DNA of 63,275 nt, filler included, from Octopus bimaculoides (taxonomy: Eukaryota), in assembly GCF_001194135.2 (NCBI RefSeq). It is 4 parts of 3 records of this genome, joined end to end, with 100 filler letters (N's around TTAATTAATTAA, not from the genome) between each part and the next. Parts side by side here need not be neighbours in the genome. Positions count along the whole stretch, not along the records: positions 1 to 11,603 come from NC_069005.1; positions 11,704 to 17,952 come from NC_068983.1; 2 more parts are not named here. One strand, 5' to 3'. Positions 1 to 12,810 of the stretch are shown in pieces. The translations under genes were made by a program, and so were the position numbers. Numbering within the stretch: position 1 is the stretch's first letter; the number at the start of each line of letters is the position of its first letter. A model generated the notes under the pieces. It saw only the letters and a program-made list of their open reading frames with translations, had not been told where the DNA came from and made no database searches.

Positions 1-123
1 GCCGATTCTGAAACCATATGATTGGGGGAGTGAAACTCTTAATCACGCAGCAATGCTTGCGTGCCTCTTTCTTTCTCTCTCTTTCCCCCACTCTCTCTTT
101 CTCTGTTTCACTCTGTATGTATT

Positions 124-188
<65 letters not shown>

Positions 189-607
189 GCATTTTATTTT
201 CAAGTTTCAGTATATGCATTAACTCTATGAACGAACCAAACTCAGTATTATGGTAGTAGTCCGAAATTTACAAAGTACCTGTGTAAATATAAATGTGTGT
301 GTGTGTGTATGTGTATTTGTGTGTGCGTGTAACTGTGTGTGTGTGAGTGTTTACATGTATCGGTGTATATATACATACGCGCGGGCATACGCACACACAC
401 ATATGTATGAATGTATCACTCTCTCTCTCTCTATATATATATGTATGTATATATATATACACACACACACACACAATCACACACACACACACACACAGAC
501 AGACACACACATATATATATACATACATATACACGTGTGTCTGTGTATGCGCATTTACAGAGTTGTACTAGAATACCTTTACTTTGTCAAATACTTACAA
601 CCCAAAA

Positions 608-644
<37 letters not shown>

Positions 645-1083
645 TGAAAGAAAACCGAACACAAAGAATAAAGGTAGAACAGTTTTCGAAACTTTCACTT
701 TCTCACACCTTTTTTTTTTTGTATTATTTCTGTTTACTTATTTTATTCTATTTTTTTCATTGGTATCTTCACATCATTTCTGTGATGTGGAAACAGCCTC
801 AGTTTTGTGCGTTGTTAGCTGTTGAGAGTAAGGGGAAGAGGTGTTGGAAAATGCGAGCGGGAAAGATGAAGCACTCACATACGCTCATGCACACACATAT
901 ACACAAATGCAATTCCAAGTATATACGTATATAATGATATATATACACAAATATGTATATATATATATATGCGCATACGTACACAAATACACACGCATAC
1001 ATATATTAATAAATGTTGAACATATATATATATGTATATGTGTCTATATGTATGTGTGTGTGCATGCGTGTGTGTTTGCGTGT

Positions 1084-1130
<47 letters not shown>

Positions 1131-1629
1131 ATATATATATATACGCACACACATATATATATATGTATATATGTATATGCATGTCTATATAGNNNNNNNN
1201 NNNNNNNNNNNNNNNNNNNNNNNNNNNNNNNNNNNNNNNNNNNNNNNNNNNNNNNNNNNNNNNNNNNNNNNNNNNNNNNNNNNNNNNNNNNNNNNNNNNN
1301 NNNNNNNNNNNNNNNNNNNNNNNNNNNNNNNNNNNNNNNNNNNNNNNNNNNNNNNNNNNNNNNNNNNNNNNNNNNNNNNNNNNNNNNNNNNNNNNNNNNN
1401 NNNNNNNNNNNNNNNNNNNNNNNNNNNNNNNNNNNNNNNNNNNNNNNNNNNNNNNNNNNNNNNNNNNNNNNNNNNNNNNNNNNNNNNNNNNNNNNNNNNN
1501 NNNNNNNNNNNNNNNNNNNNNNNNNNNNNNNNNNNNNNNNNNNNNNNNNNNNNNNNNNNNNNNNNNNNNNNNNNNNNNNNNNNNNNNNNNNNNNNNNNNN
1601 NNNNNNNNNNNNNNNNNNNNNNNNNNNNN

Positions 1630-1661
<32 letters not shown>

Positions 1662-2029
1662 TATGTGTGTGTGTGTGAGTGTGTGTGTGTATCTATATAT
1701 ATTTATATGTATATATATGTATATGTATATACGCATGTATATATGGATGTATATATGGATATATATGTGTGTGGTGTGTGTGCATGTGCTCATGTAAATA
1801 TATGCACATGCGCGCACATTGACATTGCATCAGCTACGCGAGAAGGAAAAAGGCAGTGGCGACGACCACGGCGATGATGATGATGATCACTTTGAGAATA
1901 GAGATGATACTGATGTTGAACTTTGTATGAGAGAAACACGAAACGAGCAAATGATACCTTTGAGTGATGACTTGTGTACGAGTACTCACGCACTTAGTGT
2001 ATTGGATCATGCACGCACTAACACACGGA

Positions 2030-2475
2030 AACATCATCATCATCATCATCATCATCGTTTAACGTCCGCTTTCCATGCTAGCATGGGTTGGACGATTTGA
2101 CTGAGGACTGGTGAAACCGGATGGCAACACCAGGCTCCAGTCTAATTTGGCAGAGTTTCTACAGCTGGATGCCCTTCCTAACGCCAACCACTCAGAGAGT
2201 GTAGTGGGTGCTTTTACGTGTCACCCGCACGAAAACGGCCACGCTCGAAATGGTGTCTTTTATGTGCCACCCGCACAAGCCAGTCCAGGGGCACTGGCAA
2301 CGATCTCGCTCGAAAATCCTACGGGAGCCAGTCAGGCGGTACTGGCAACGGCCACGCTCAAAATGGTGCATCTCATGTGCCACCCGCACAAGAACCAGTC
2401 CAGGGGCACTGGCAACGATCTTACTTGGCTTGCCGGGTCTTCTCACGCACAGCACATTTCCAAAGGTCTCGGTCA
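2030..2475 (-). mobile_element. Retroposon 3' end (RTE/RTEX-tail-like SINE or LINE terminus) with (CAT)n tail and internal tandem duplication
   Basis: (CAT)n at 2032-2056 abuts a GC-richer body containing GGATGCCCTTCCTAACGCCAACC, a motif I associate with RTE-type 3' ends. An ~80-bp unit is repeated at ~2233-2310 and ~2347-2425. Confidence 0.55.
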
Positions 2476-3897
2476 GTGTTTAATTATTTGTAGGATCCAT
2501 TTGAATCAAGGTATTTCAATATTAAGGATACGAAATGAGGGTCGAAATCCGCACATCCGTGTATATATCGTACACTGACACTCCCGAATATATCCATTCA
2601 TATACGGACATGTTCAAATGCTTGCATATATATGTTTATGAACAAATCAATATATACATAGATATAGATATACATGTACATGAAATTATATACCCATGCG
2701 TACCGGCATCCAGTTTAACGATTCACTGTGAATTCTACATCCAACATAGGGAAGGTTCTAGATAAGATGTTTACATAAAGAATGAACACAAATAGGGTAA
2801 GATTCACTTCAGCTATTTCAGACACGTTTTTTATTGGTGAATAATTCAATTACATCATGAAAAATAATTATAATAAAACGTTTTCTACAGGTGAATTAAA
2901 AATTGAAAATTTTAAATTTGTTTCGGAAAAAATTCCAAGATGTGGAATGTATGATGAGTCTTTTAACATATAAGAGAGTGAATGCATATCGAGGTATAGC
3001 CAGATGTCATATGCACATGGATCATAAAACAATTAACAAGTAATACTACACTAAATTATTTCTTTAAATAGATAGCAAGAGATAAAGCTTAAGAGGAAGA
3101 CAGAGAGAATGGAAAAAGAGGATGTGACAGACTAGGTTGGGGTGTTTCAACGTCGTGTAGTGGAGACAAAATTTCTATCGCCGAAAAGAAAAAGTTACTA
3201 CTGAGCTACGGACCTTCAGACAGAAACTTTATAATAAATACTTACATACATTCATACAATCCACTCATAAATGCATTCATGCACACACCCAGAGGAACAT
3301 TTATGGTAATATATTCTTACATACACTCATGTACCTATAGTCCATTTAATTATTTAAATAAATTTAATATTTAATTAATTTAGAGTGTGTTGACCAAGGT
3401 GATCACACCTGGTTCAGAAAAAAATCAGTAACCCGAAGAGACTTTGGAATCTAAGATTCCGGAATATTGATGTTGTATTTGTATATGATTTGTAATTATT
3501 TAATTATTATATCCATGCCCAGTGTGATTTGCACTCCGAATGCAGAGGAGAGAAATTAACTGTTGTAAAACATCTAATCTATCACTTTATTATTTTCACA
3601 CGAACGAGTTCAAATGTACTCTAATGTTAAGACCCATATCTAATTCCTGAAAATAATCCCGGAAAAACAAAACCAAATATATGAATTATTGATACGGCTG
3701 CAGGAGTTAATGCTAATGAAATGACATCCATAAAAAACTAATTACGACTAACTGAGATGAAAACGAACCGATGAGAGATCAACAATGATGGGGTCACACA
3801 ATTTGCTAAACACAGAAGTTAAATCTGAGTTTGGACGAATTCGGAGCTAAAACGCAAACAACAATATCATCTGAATATAAGAATAACTAAAGACGAC

Positions 3898-3971
<74 letters not shown>

Positions 3972-4712
3972 ACAAGAAATGTTTGAAGAAGAGGGCAGAG
4001 GAAATAAATGAGACAAGAAATAGATGAGATGAAAATAAGGTACAATAAGGAATAGATGAAATGAGTATAACGTAGAAGTAAACAGAAGATTACAAGAAAG
4101 AATGAAGAAGGGGCAAAGGGGAAGTGGAAGAGTAAAGAGTAGGAAAACTAAATTATTTGTGGTAGTCGCGATTGTTGCTGTTTCGCTGGGGAAATTGCAG
4201 AGGTTGAATAAAAGAAGCGAGCAAGATAATTGAGGAAAATAGAAGTTATTTAGGAAAATGTTCTCAATACACAAAAGATTTGCATGTTTTTCGTTTGTAT
4301 CTTCTTTTTCGTTACATTCTCCCGAAGGAAAAACTTGTCCGCCATTACTTTTGATGGTGGTGATGGTGGAGAATGATTCTTCACTATAATCATTGCAACC
4401 ATGTTGAAAACAATTTCTGCCTTTATGTCAGAAGCGAGTAACATATAATATACGTCTTCCCCTAAATGGGAAGACGTAATAATGAAAGTACAATTGTGGC
4501 AATATAAGTACAACAAATGTAAAAGTGGTTAAGGAAAACAACAATACCAACGAAAGAATTAAATTCCATACCACATAAAATAAAAACTGCTTCAATACAT
4601 TGAGTGATAAAACATAACAACGACAACAATAATAATGACAATGCAAATGATAATGGATTTCAACAGACATACACGGTTATATATTTACGGGAAGGGTATA
4701 GTCATTTATATC

Positions 4713-5345
4713 GAACCCCCAGTAGTTTACTGGTATTTTATTTTATTACTGTCTAAGCTTGAATGGCAAAGTTAACCCCAGCAGGGTTTGAACTCAGAAA
4801 TTAAAGAGCCAGAATGTATCTATTCCTGACGCTGTAACAGCTCTGCTATTTCACCATCCTAAACAGCAAAAGTAATAATAACTCCTTTCTACTATAGATG
4901 CAAAGTCTAAAATATCGGATGGCAGGGGGGTGGTCGATTTCATCGACCCCAGTGCTCGACTGGCATTTATTTCATCGGTCAGCCGAAGAAGGAACAGCAA
5001 AATCGGCCCTGGCGAGATTTGAACCTCGAAAGTTAAGAGCCACAAGAAATACCGCAGGTATTTTTTCAGGCGCTGTAACAATTTTGTCATTCCATCACTC
5101 TAGACAGCAATAATCCTTTCTACTATAAGCAGAAGGGTTGAAATTTGGGGGAGGGGGATAGTCGGTTATATCGACCCCAGTACTCAACTGGTACTTAATT
5201 TATCGACCCCGAAAGGCAAAGGCGACCTCGGCCGAAAGATAAAGATGATCTTGGCAGAATTTGAAATGACAAAACCGCAAGAAATAACACAAGCTTTTTT
5301 TCGAAACTCCACTCCACCGCGCTAGGCAACAACTGCGGCAATACC
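4713..5345 (-). mobile_element. Three head-to-tail diverged copies of SINE family A
   Basis: Copies at ~4713-4860, ~4880-5100 and ~5113-5345 each carry the reverse complement of GAGTTCAAAT..GCCTTT..GGGGTCGAT..AAGTACCAG..ACTGGGGTCGAT. Two of them end in AGTAGAAAGGA(TT/GTT)ATT. Confidence 0.8.
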
Positions 5346-5442
5346 TTATCAAAAACGATGTCACCAATAGTGTCATCCCCGCTGCCACCACCACCGCAAC
5401 TATAATTATTATAAGTACCACAGAATCTTATAGCGAGTATAA

Positions 5443-5775
5443 AACTGGCGCTCCGTTGGTTGCGACGACAACGGTTTCAGTTGATCCGATTAAGGGAACG
5501 ACCTGCCCATGATATTAATGTGCAAGTTGCTGAGCACTCCACAGACACGTGTAACCTCAACGTAGTTCGTTGGGAGATTCAGCGTGAAGCAGAGTGTGAC
5601 AAGGCTGGCCTTTTGAAATAGAGGTACAGCTCATTTTTCCCAGCTGAGTGGACTGGACCAATGTGAAATAAAACCTTTTGCTCAAGATCACAACGTGCCG
5701 CTGCGAAGCGAACTCATGACCTTACGATCATGAGCCGAATACTCTAACCACTAAGCGACGTGTCTTTACACAGCT
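5443..5775 (-). mobile_element. tRNA-derived SINE with CORE-like middle and the family-B 3' tail
   Basis: Minus strand: TAGTGGTTAGAGTATTCGG (A box) ... GAGTTCG (B box) ... GTTGTGATCTTGAGCAAAAG. The 3' half (GCCTTGTCACAC..CACGTGTCTGTGGAGTGCTCAG..GGAGCGCC) is shared with family B. Confidence 0.75.
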
Positions 5776-5849
5776 AATATGAACATGAATACAATCACCA
5801 CAACTATCATACAATCAATTGAGGAAGACTTCGTTCTACCTATTAGAAA

Positions 5850-6148
5850 TGTTGGCACTCCGTCGCTTACGACGTCGAGGGTTCTAGTTGATCCGATCAA
5901 CGGAACAACCTGCTCGTGAAATTAACGTGCAAGTGGCTGAGCACTCCACAGACACGTGTAACCTTAACGTAGTTCCCAGGGATATTCAGCGTGACACAGT
6001 GTGTGACAAGGCTGACCCCTTTGAATTACAGGCACAACAGAAACAGGAAGTAAGAGTGAGAGAAAGTTGTGGTGGAAGAGTACAGCAGGGTTCGCCACTA
6101 CCCCCTGCCGGAGCCTCATGGAACTTTAGGTGTTTTCGCTCAATAAAC
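5850..6148 (-). mobile_element. SINE family B (tRNA-Arg-like head; octopus OR-type), cut by an assembly gap
   Basis: Near-identical to the copies at 8866-9250 and 49994-50369. Confidence 0.9.
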
Positions 6149-6396
6149 NNNNNNNNNNNNNNNNNNNNNNNNNNNNNNNNNNNNNNNNNNNNNNNNNNNN
6201 NNNNNNNNNNNNNNNNNNNNNNNNNNNNNNNNNNNNNNNNNNNNNNNNNNNNNNNNNNNNNNNNNNNNNNNNNNNNNNNNNNNNNNNNNNNNNNNNNNNN
6301 NNNNNNNNNNNNNNNNNNNNNNNNNNNGCTAGAAAATGTATATTATATATTGTATATATATGTACACACACACATGCACACACACACACACACACA

Positions 6397-6439
<43 letters not shown>

Positions 6440-7660
6440 ACACACACACATACGTTTATGTATTTGTTTTGCAAGATTCCTGATGTGAAATCGTATGTTG
6501 AAACAGATATTGCTATATGTCGGAATGGTTATATTTTTTTGTCTTTTTTTTTGCCAAGTAAACACACGCACTCTATATTCGTTCTTCACTTCAGCTCTAT
6601 TATTGTTCGTTTCTTAGAGAATGGACTAGAGAGAACAGGAGGAGATACTTCGGACGGAGAGTCGATGAAGAGGTCACAGAATGTGTGACGAAAGGTTTCA
6701 GACAAGAGACACTAAAATAAGAACAAAAATAAAACAGAAGTAAAGAACGAATTCATAGAGCATGTGTTTATTTGTCCAAACAAAAACAGTATGACAATCC
6801 CGAAATATAGAATATGACAACATACATACATAATACATACACACATACATGTGTGTGTGTTTATGTGTGTGTATATATATATGTATATATATATAAATGG
6901 AGATTTTTCACGCTTGAAACACCTTTGATCATAGTTCTTGTCGACAAAGGTAGAGCAACTGCAATAACTATTACAATAATCATATTTTCATAACTGGCCA
7001 TTAATACAAAAGCAGACGCAGTAGAATTCATTTTGAAGCACTAAACATTCTCTTTGAGCGAAATATAAAAACAAACAGCATTTCTAGAAAATACAGGAAA
7101 CGGAAGTGAAGCTCTTTAGTAATTGTGTCTACTCTTTCAGCTTAACGAGTAATTTCTCTCAGTTATCCAATAACAGTTATCTTCATCTGTCTCTTTCCCT
7201 CTCTTTCTCTCTCCCTTCCTGTCATAACTCGCTCCCCTCCTCTTCCTCTTCCTCCCCCTCAGCCACTTTCTCCTTGGTCACCGCCTCAGCCTCCTCCTCG
7301 GCCTCCTTATTGGCCGTCTCCTCCTCCGTCTCCTCCTCATTCTGTTTCAACCTCCTCCGCCTCCACAGCTACATTCTCCTCTGCCTCCTCCGTCCCCTCC
7401 ACTTCCGCCGCATCTTCCGCCTTCTACTCCTCCCTCTCAGTCTCTTTCTCTGTTATAGAAATGGGTTGCAAAAGTTAAGATATGAGGTGGACAATGTTCT
7501 ATGTAGCTGTAGGTTGGGGTAGTGATTAGAAGTTGTTGGGGGTCAATGATGGCATTGGTGGTCGTCACGGCGATGGTGCTGACAACAGTAGTGGTGGTGG
7601 TCGTTGTGAAGGTATTAATGGTGGCATTATCGTGTGTTAAGATTGGCAGTGGTGGAAGGT

Positions 7661-8085
7661 GGCGAGCTGGCAGAAACGTTAGCACACCAGGCGAAATGCT
7701 TAACAGAATCTCGTCTGCCGCTACGTTCTGAGTTCAAATTTCGCCGAGGTCGAATTTACTTTTTATCCTTTCGGGATCGATAAATTAAGTACCAGTTACG
7801 CACTGGGGTCGATGTAATCGACTTAATCCCTTTGCTCTTGTTTGTTCCCCCTATGTTTAGCCCCCTGTAGGCAATAAAGAAATAAGAAACGTTAGCACAA
7901 CAGGCGAAATTCTTAGCGGTATTTCGTCTGTCTTTACGTTCTGAGTTCAAATTCCGTCGAGGTCGACTTTGCCTTTCATCCTTTCGGGGTCGATAAATTT
8001 AAGTACCAGTTACGTACTGGGATTGATCTAATCGACTCCCTCTCCTCCAAAACTTCGTGCCTTGTGCCTAGAGTAGAATGAAAAA
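7661..8085 (+). mobile_element. Dimeric SINE family A (monomer with tail 1 fused to a 5'-clipped monomer with tail 2)
   Basis: GGCGAGCTGGCAGAAACGTTAGCAC...GAGTTCAAAT...tail 1...AATAAAGAAATAAG|AAACGTTAGCAC...tail 2 (GTGCCTAGAGTAGAA). The same junction occurs at 57430-57860. Confidence 0.9.
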
Positions 8086-8274
8086 AGTAAAAAAAAAAAC
8101 AGATTGGCAGTGGTGGTACTGGTGGTGGTAGTGGTGGTGGTAGTAATGCAAGCGATAGGGGTGGTTGTAAGAATGGTTGTAATAGTAGTGGCGGCGATAT
8201 TAGTGATTGTGTCGGTTGTGGACGTGGGGGTACTGGTGTTGGTGATAGCGATAGCGTTTTGAATCACCACCACC

Positions 8275-8305
<31 letters not shown>

Positions 8306-8865
8306 TCATCATTGGCATCGTCGTCATTCATACATTCATACATACATAATGGCGACCGTTGTGGTTAATCCGATATTCGGACACCTATAATTACTTCTTA
8401 TATGAAGACACCATACCAAATACCGGATTTGGTAAGATTGTATGCGAATACTTGTACGTAAGTGCTTTAAAGATTACATGCATTGCAGCATGTCTATATA
8501 AACGATACATACGTTTTAACATAGTCATATAAACATGGCACTGTAATGTTACAAACATAAAGAAGTAAGCCAAGTAAAGTTTCAAAACAATACACGAAAC
8601 AAAAAAAAAAAAAGAAAGAAAGAAAAGAAAGGAAGAAAGAAAGCGACGCTCATTATGTAAGTTTAAATACAATTGTAGAATTAAAAACAGCCTCAAAGGA
8701 AAGATTACCCAAGCTGTGAACAACTTCAGATTTAATTCTGACAAAACATTATGGAAACTTTTAAAGGAGATCATTGTCTACTTTCAAAAAATAATACAAC
8801 TATCATGATTAAACGAATGAGTCTTCTTTGACCAGACTGGGAGTACAATCACAGTATAAAATGGA

Positions 8866-9250
8866 GTTGTTGTTGGCGCTTCGTCGCTTACGACGTCGAG
8901 GGTTCCAGTCGATCCGATCAATGGAACAGCTTGCTCATGAAATTAACGTGCAAGTGACTGAGCACTCCACAGACACGTGTACCCTTAACGTAGTCCTCGG
9001 GGATATTCAGCGTGACACAGTGTGACAAGGCTGACCCTTTGAAATACAGGTACAACAGAAACAGGAAGTAAGAGTGAGAGAAAGTTGTGGTGGAAGAGTA
9101 CAGCAGGGTTCGTCACCATCCCCTGCCGGAGCCTCGTGGAGCTTTAGGTGTTTTCGCTCAATAAACACTCACAATGCCCGGCCTGGGAATCGAAACCGTG
9201 ATCCTACGACCGCAAGTCCGCTGCCCTAACCACTGGGCCATTGCGCCTCC
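8866..9250 (-). mobile_element. Full-length SINE family B
   Basis: Minus strand begins GGAGGCGCAATGGCCCAGTGGTTAGGGCAGCGGACTTGCGGTCGTAGGATCACGGTTTCGATTCCC (Pol III A and B boxes) and ends GCGCCAACAACAAC. Confidence 0.92.
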
Positions 9251-9254
9251 ACGT

Positions 9255-10530
9255 AAAATGGAGTACGATCTAGTCAAAGATTTACTGGAAGCACATATAG
9301 AGTCTATCTCTAAAAGTATGCTTTTATGCAAAGGCTAAAATATTTGTGGAACAACAAACACCCAGAAATAGATTTTCTTTCCAAAGATTTAAATGGACAA
9401 GCGGAACGTATCATTATATGTAAATTGATACTGCTAACGGAAATGTCTGATTCAAAGCAGGGTGGTACTATGAAGCCAACCATTAAAGATAATCACTTCA
9501 CATCCACTGATAAATAGACAGAATGGTCAGGTAAATCTTGTAGTAAACAACACATCAACAATTTAACTGAATGTACAAACAGAAGAATATCAAAAACTTG
9601 TGGACGCCTTATCTAGGTTGATATGTTTCAACAAGTCTACAATCTTAATTTGAATGACAAGCCGTACAACACCAGCATAAATAAAGAACCCAGTAACTTC
9701 AAATTAAAGGCAGTCAATGAAATAACAAACAAATATCTGAAGACCACGCAATCTAGAAGTGTATGAAAACAACCTATGAAATCATTAACCTTTTGATATA
9801 TGTCTCAGCTATTACATTACTAGTGCATCACAAAGAGCCGAAGTCACGCATTCGAGATATCGAGCAGAAAGCCTGAACCAACATGGGCATGTAATTTAAA
9901 AACTAAAATTTGACTCCAGTGAAAAGTGTTTCATAGATCGTTGTGGTTATGAAATGTAACACAGAGAACAACTTCACATATCAAGATCACAGAAAAGAAA
10001 AGAAAAAAAAGGTAGAGAGGCCAGTTGGTGATAGAAGATTCAAAAACCTAAACTCCAAACTGCACTATCTGAAACAATAACTCACAGCTACAGCTGGAAA
10101 AACTAAAATATAAATCTACAGCATATAAACAGTAAATGCCCAATAAATTATTTGCTGGAGATCCCAAGTCAGTGTATCGCAGCTTCAATGAAGAAAGCTG
10201 AATCTCTGTAAAAGGTCTTCCAGACATTATCTTCCCATGTGACACGATGTAGTCGCTAGAATAGCCTGGAACAGGAAAACAAACAAAAAAAAAGAAAGAA
10301 AAAAAAACACCTACAGTATCCAAGATGCACTTTCAGCATCATGCTTATTATCATTGGACCAATAAGATATATACCAACCCGTCTGGAGCAAAGTGTGGTT
10401 GAACTTGAGTTCCTGGGGAAAGAACACAATATCTGGGAATATAAAAATCTGAAAGATTTAGAGGATGAATAAAGCAAGATTTTTTCCTACACAACCTTGC
10501 TACCAAACAGGTGATCGACCAAAATTTATT
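9255..10530 (+). mobile_element. Degenerate R4/Dong-type non-LTR element: N-terminal ORF region joined to the extreme C-terminus (RT deleted)
   Basis: Broken frames give MQRLKYLWNNKHPEIDFLSKDLNGQAERII, KPEPTWACNLKTK and LKQ*LTATAGKLKY..NKLFAGDPKSVYRSF (N-terminal motifs), then PIRYIPTRLEQSVVELEF, which resembles the end of the RLE domain of the 20.6-21.0 kb copy. Confidence 0.6.
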
Positions 10531-11334
10531 TTGAAGTAGAGAAAGAGAACACACACGCACACACACATATATATATACGCGACACATATATACATATGAG
10601 CCAATGACATAAATTTAGATAATTTAAGTGAAATGGTGACGTAATAGATGCCGTGCGTCATGAACACATTATTTATTACACTCTTCGCATAATTCAGAAA
10701 AAGTAAACAAAGACCTAACAGCACCTGCTAGAGAAAAAGTGAGATAATTTGAAGAAATTTAGAATTATTTTCCCGAGTTAATTTACACACTTAGGGAAAT
10801 GAGAGTCTGATCTTTCTGGGCTTTCTTTGCAATCGAATGAAAAGCATGTATACATGTTTCGGTTTATTTTACCTCCTCAGTTTAACGAAATCTAATCGAA
10901 CCTCAAAATCATTGTGATAAATTTCTACACGCAGAAAAATAAATTTCGTATATTTTTGGCTCGAATAATCCGTTTCTTTTTCGTGTTTCAGTTACAATTT
11001 TAGATATAAACGTAGAAAATTATTGTTCAAACTGTGTTGTTAATCACACTTGTACATAACAACATCATTGATCACACATGTGTATAAGGAATTACGAATA
11101 ACACTTTGAGACTAACAAAATTATGTATGGCACACATTTACATGACGCTCGAAATAGTTCCAAAACCTTGAATTAAATTTTGTAAGTGTTTTTGTCGCAC
11201 CTGGATACACCTTGCAAAACTATTGGCTTAAACTATATTCAAATTCCTGTGTTTAATTACAATTGCGGATTAAACTCCAAGGATTCAGGTTTTTGTTTTT
11301 TTAAAAAGCAATTACTATTTTATTCTTTTTTTCC

Positions 11335-11410
11335 TGCTTTAGGCATTAGACTGCGACCATGCTGGAGTATCGACTTGTAGGGTTAGTGGAACAAATCGAC
11401 AGTAATACTT
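11335..11410 (-). mobile_element. SINE family C, 3' fragment
   Basis: GACTGCGACCATGCTGGAG...GAACAAATCGAC matches the end of the copies at 11815 and 12435. Confidence 0.7.
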
Positions 11411-11603
11411 CTAGTTTTGTTTTGAAATCTGGCACTTTTCATCTCTTTTCCTGAACCGTTACGTTGTTTATGTGTATGTAAACAAAGCAATACCAGTTGT
11501 GAAACGGTGATCAGACAAGCACAACTAGAAAAGCACACACATATATACATATAGAGATACACATACACATATATATAGTTACATATATATATATATATAT
11601 ATA

Positions 11604-11703
11604 NNNNNNNNNNNNNNNNNNNNNNNNNNNNNNNNNNNNNNNNNNNNTTAATTAATTAANNNNNNNNNNNNNNNNNNNNNNNNNNNNNNNNNNNNNNNNN
11701 NNN
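11604..11703. other. Artificial 100-bp scaffold pad (also at 17953-18052 and 37299-37398)
   Basis: Each pad is 44 N + TTAATTAATTAA + 44 N. The 12-mer puts stop codons in all six frames. Confidence 0.9.
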
Positions 11704-11749
<46 letters not shown>

Positions 11750-11814
11750 ATTTAGTTATTGCTTCGGCAAATAAAATGAAAACTATGTAATACTGAAACA
11801 TCTAACGTGGTTCA

Positions 11815-12202
11815 TTCTTTTTCTTGCTTCAGTCATTTGACTGCGACCATGCTGGAGAACCGTTTTGAAGGATTTTAATCGAACAAATCGACCCAGTACT
11901 TACTTTTTAAGACTAGTACTTGTTTTATCGGTCTCTTTTACCGAACCTCTAAATTACGGGGACGTAAACACACCAACGCCAGTTGCCAAGCGGTAGCGGA
12001 GGGGCCAATCAAACACATAGATATACATACATGTATATACGACGAGCTGCTTTCAGTTTCCGTCCTTCAAATTCACTCGCAAGGCTTTGATCGGCTCGAG
12101 GATATGGTAGAAGATAGTTGTCCAAAGTGCCACGCAGTGGGACTGAACCCGGAACCATGTAATTGGGAAGCAAGCTTCTTACCAAACTGCCACGCCTGCG
12201 CT
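11815..12202 (-). mobile_element. SINE family C (tRNA head, CORE-like segment, internal microsatellite; octopus OK-like)
   Basis: Minus strand: GCGCAGGCGTGGCAGTTTGGTAAGAAGCTTGCTTCCC..GGTTCCGGGTTCAGTCCCACTGCGTGGCACTTTGGAC.., a TG-rich spacer, then the GATAAAACAAGTACTAG..GGGTCGATTTGTTCG tail. Confidence 0.88.
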
Positions 12203-12434
12203 TATATTTGCTGAAAAAGTGAAAACGTTTCTAATTATTTTTATAATGCTGTATGCGTTAACTGTTTTGATATTAAGTTTCTTGCAAACCAAATAATATG
12301 TCTATAGATTGTTGCTTGACATCAAAGTTTACAGAATCAGCACTTAATCCCACTGCTTTTCGAAAGATATCGGTAGAACTTATTAACGAATTCTCACCAT
12401 TTACGTATTCGGCATTCGATACATAATATAAATC

Positions 12435-12810
12435 GTTTACCTGTTTCAGTCCTTAGATTGCAGCCATGTTGGGTCACCATCTTGTAGGATTTGATCGAAC
12501 AAATCGACTCCAGTACATATTTATTTAAGCCTGGTACTTATGTTATCAGTTTATTTCTGCAGAACCTCTAGGTTACGCGGATGTAAACAAACCAGCACTG
12601 AATGTCTAGCGGTGATGTGAGAGAAAAGCAAACGAACACACACAGACACATACACACATACTTCTTTTGACCTCCGTCTGCCAAATCCACTTAAAGGGCT
12701 TTCGTTGGCCCGGGGCTAAAGTGGAACACGTTCGTCCAATATGCAGCGCAGTGGGACTGAAACTAGAACCATATGTTTAGGAAGCAAGCATCTTACCACA
12801 CAGCCGCTCC
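12435..12810 (-). mobile_element. SINE family C
   Basis: Colinear with 11815-12202 and 31690-32100. Confidence 0.85.

Noticed and set aside
18-1877. Many long ORFs rich in HT, YI, CV, SL or X (here and throughout the window)
   Set aside because: They are translations of (CA)n, (TA)n, (TG)n and (CT)n microsatellites and N gaps, not genes.
3385-3470. Two small hairpins with partial hammerhead-like words
   Set aside because: The core nucleotides do not match and I could not build a consistent three-stem fold.
9170-9250. tRNA-like heads of SINE families B and C as tRNA genes
   Set aside because: They lack a proper acceptor stem and run straight into SINE bodies.
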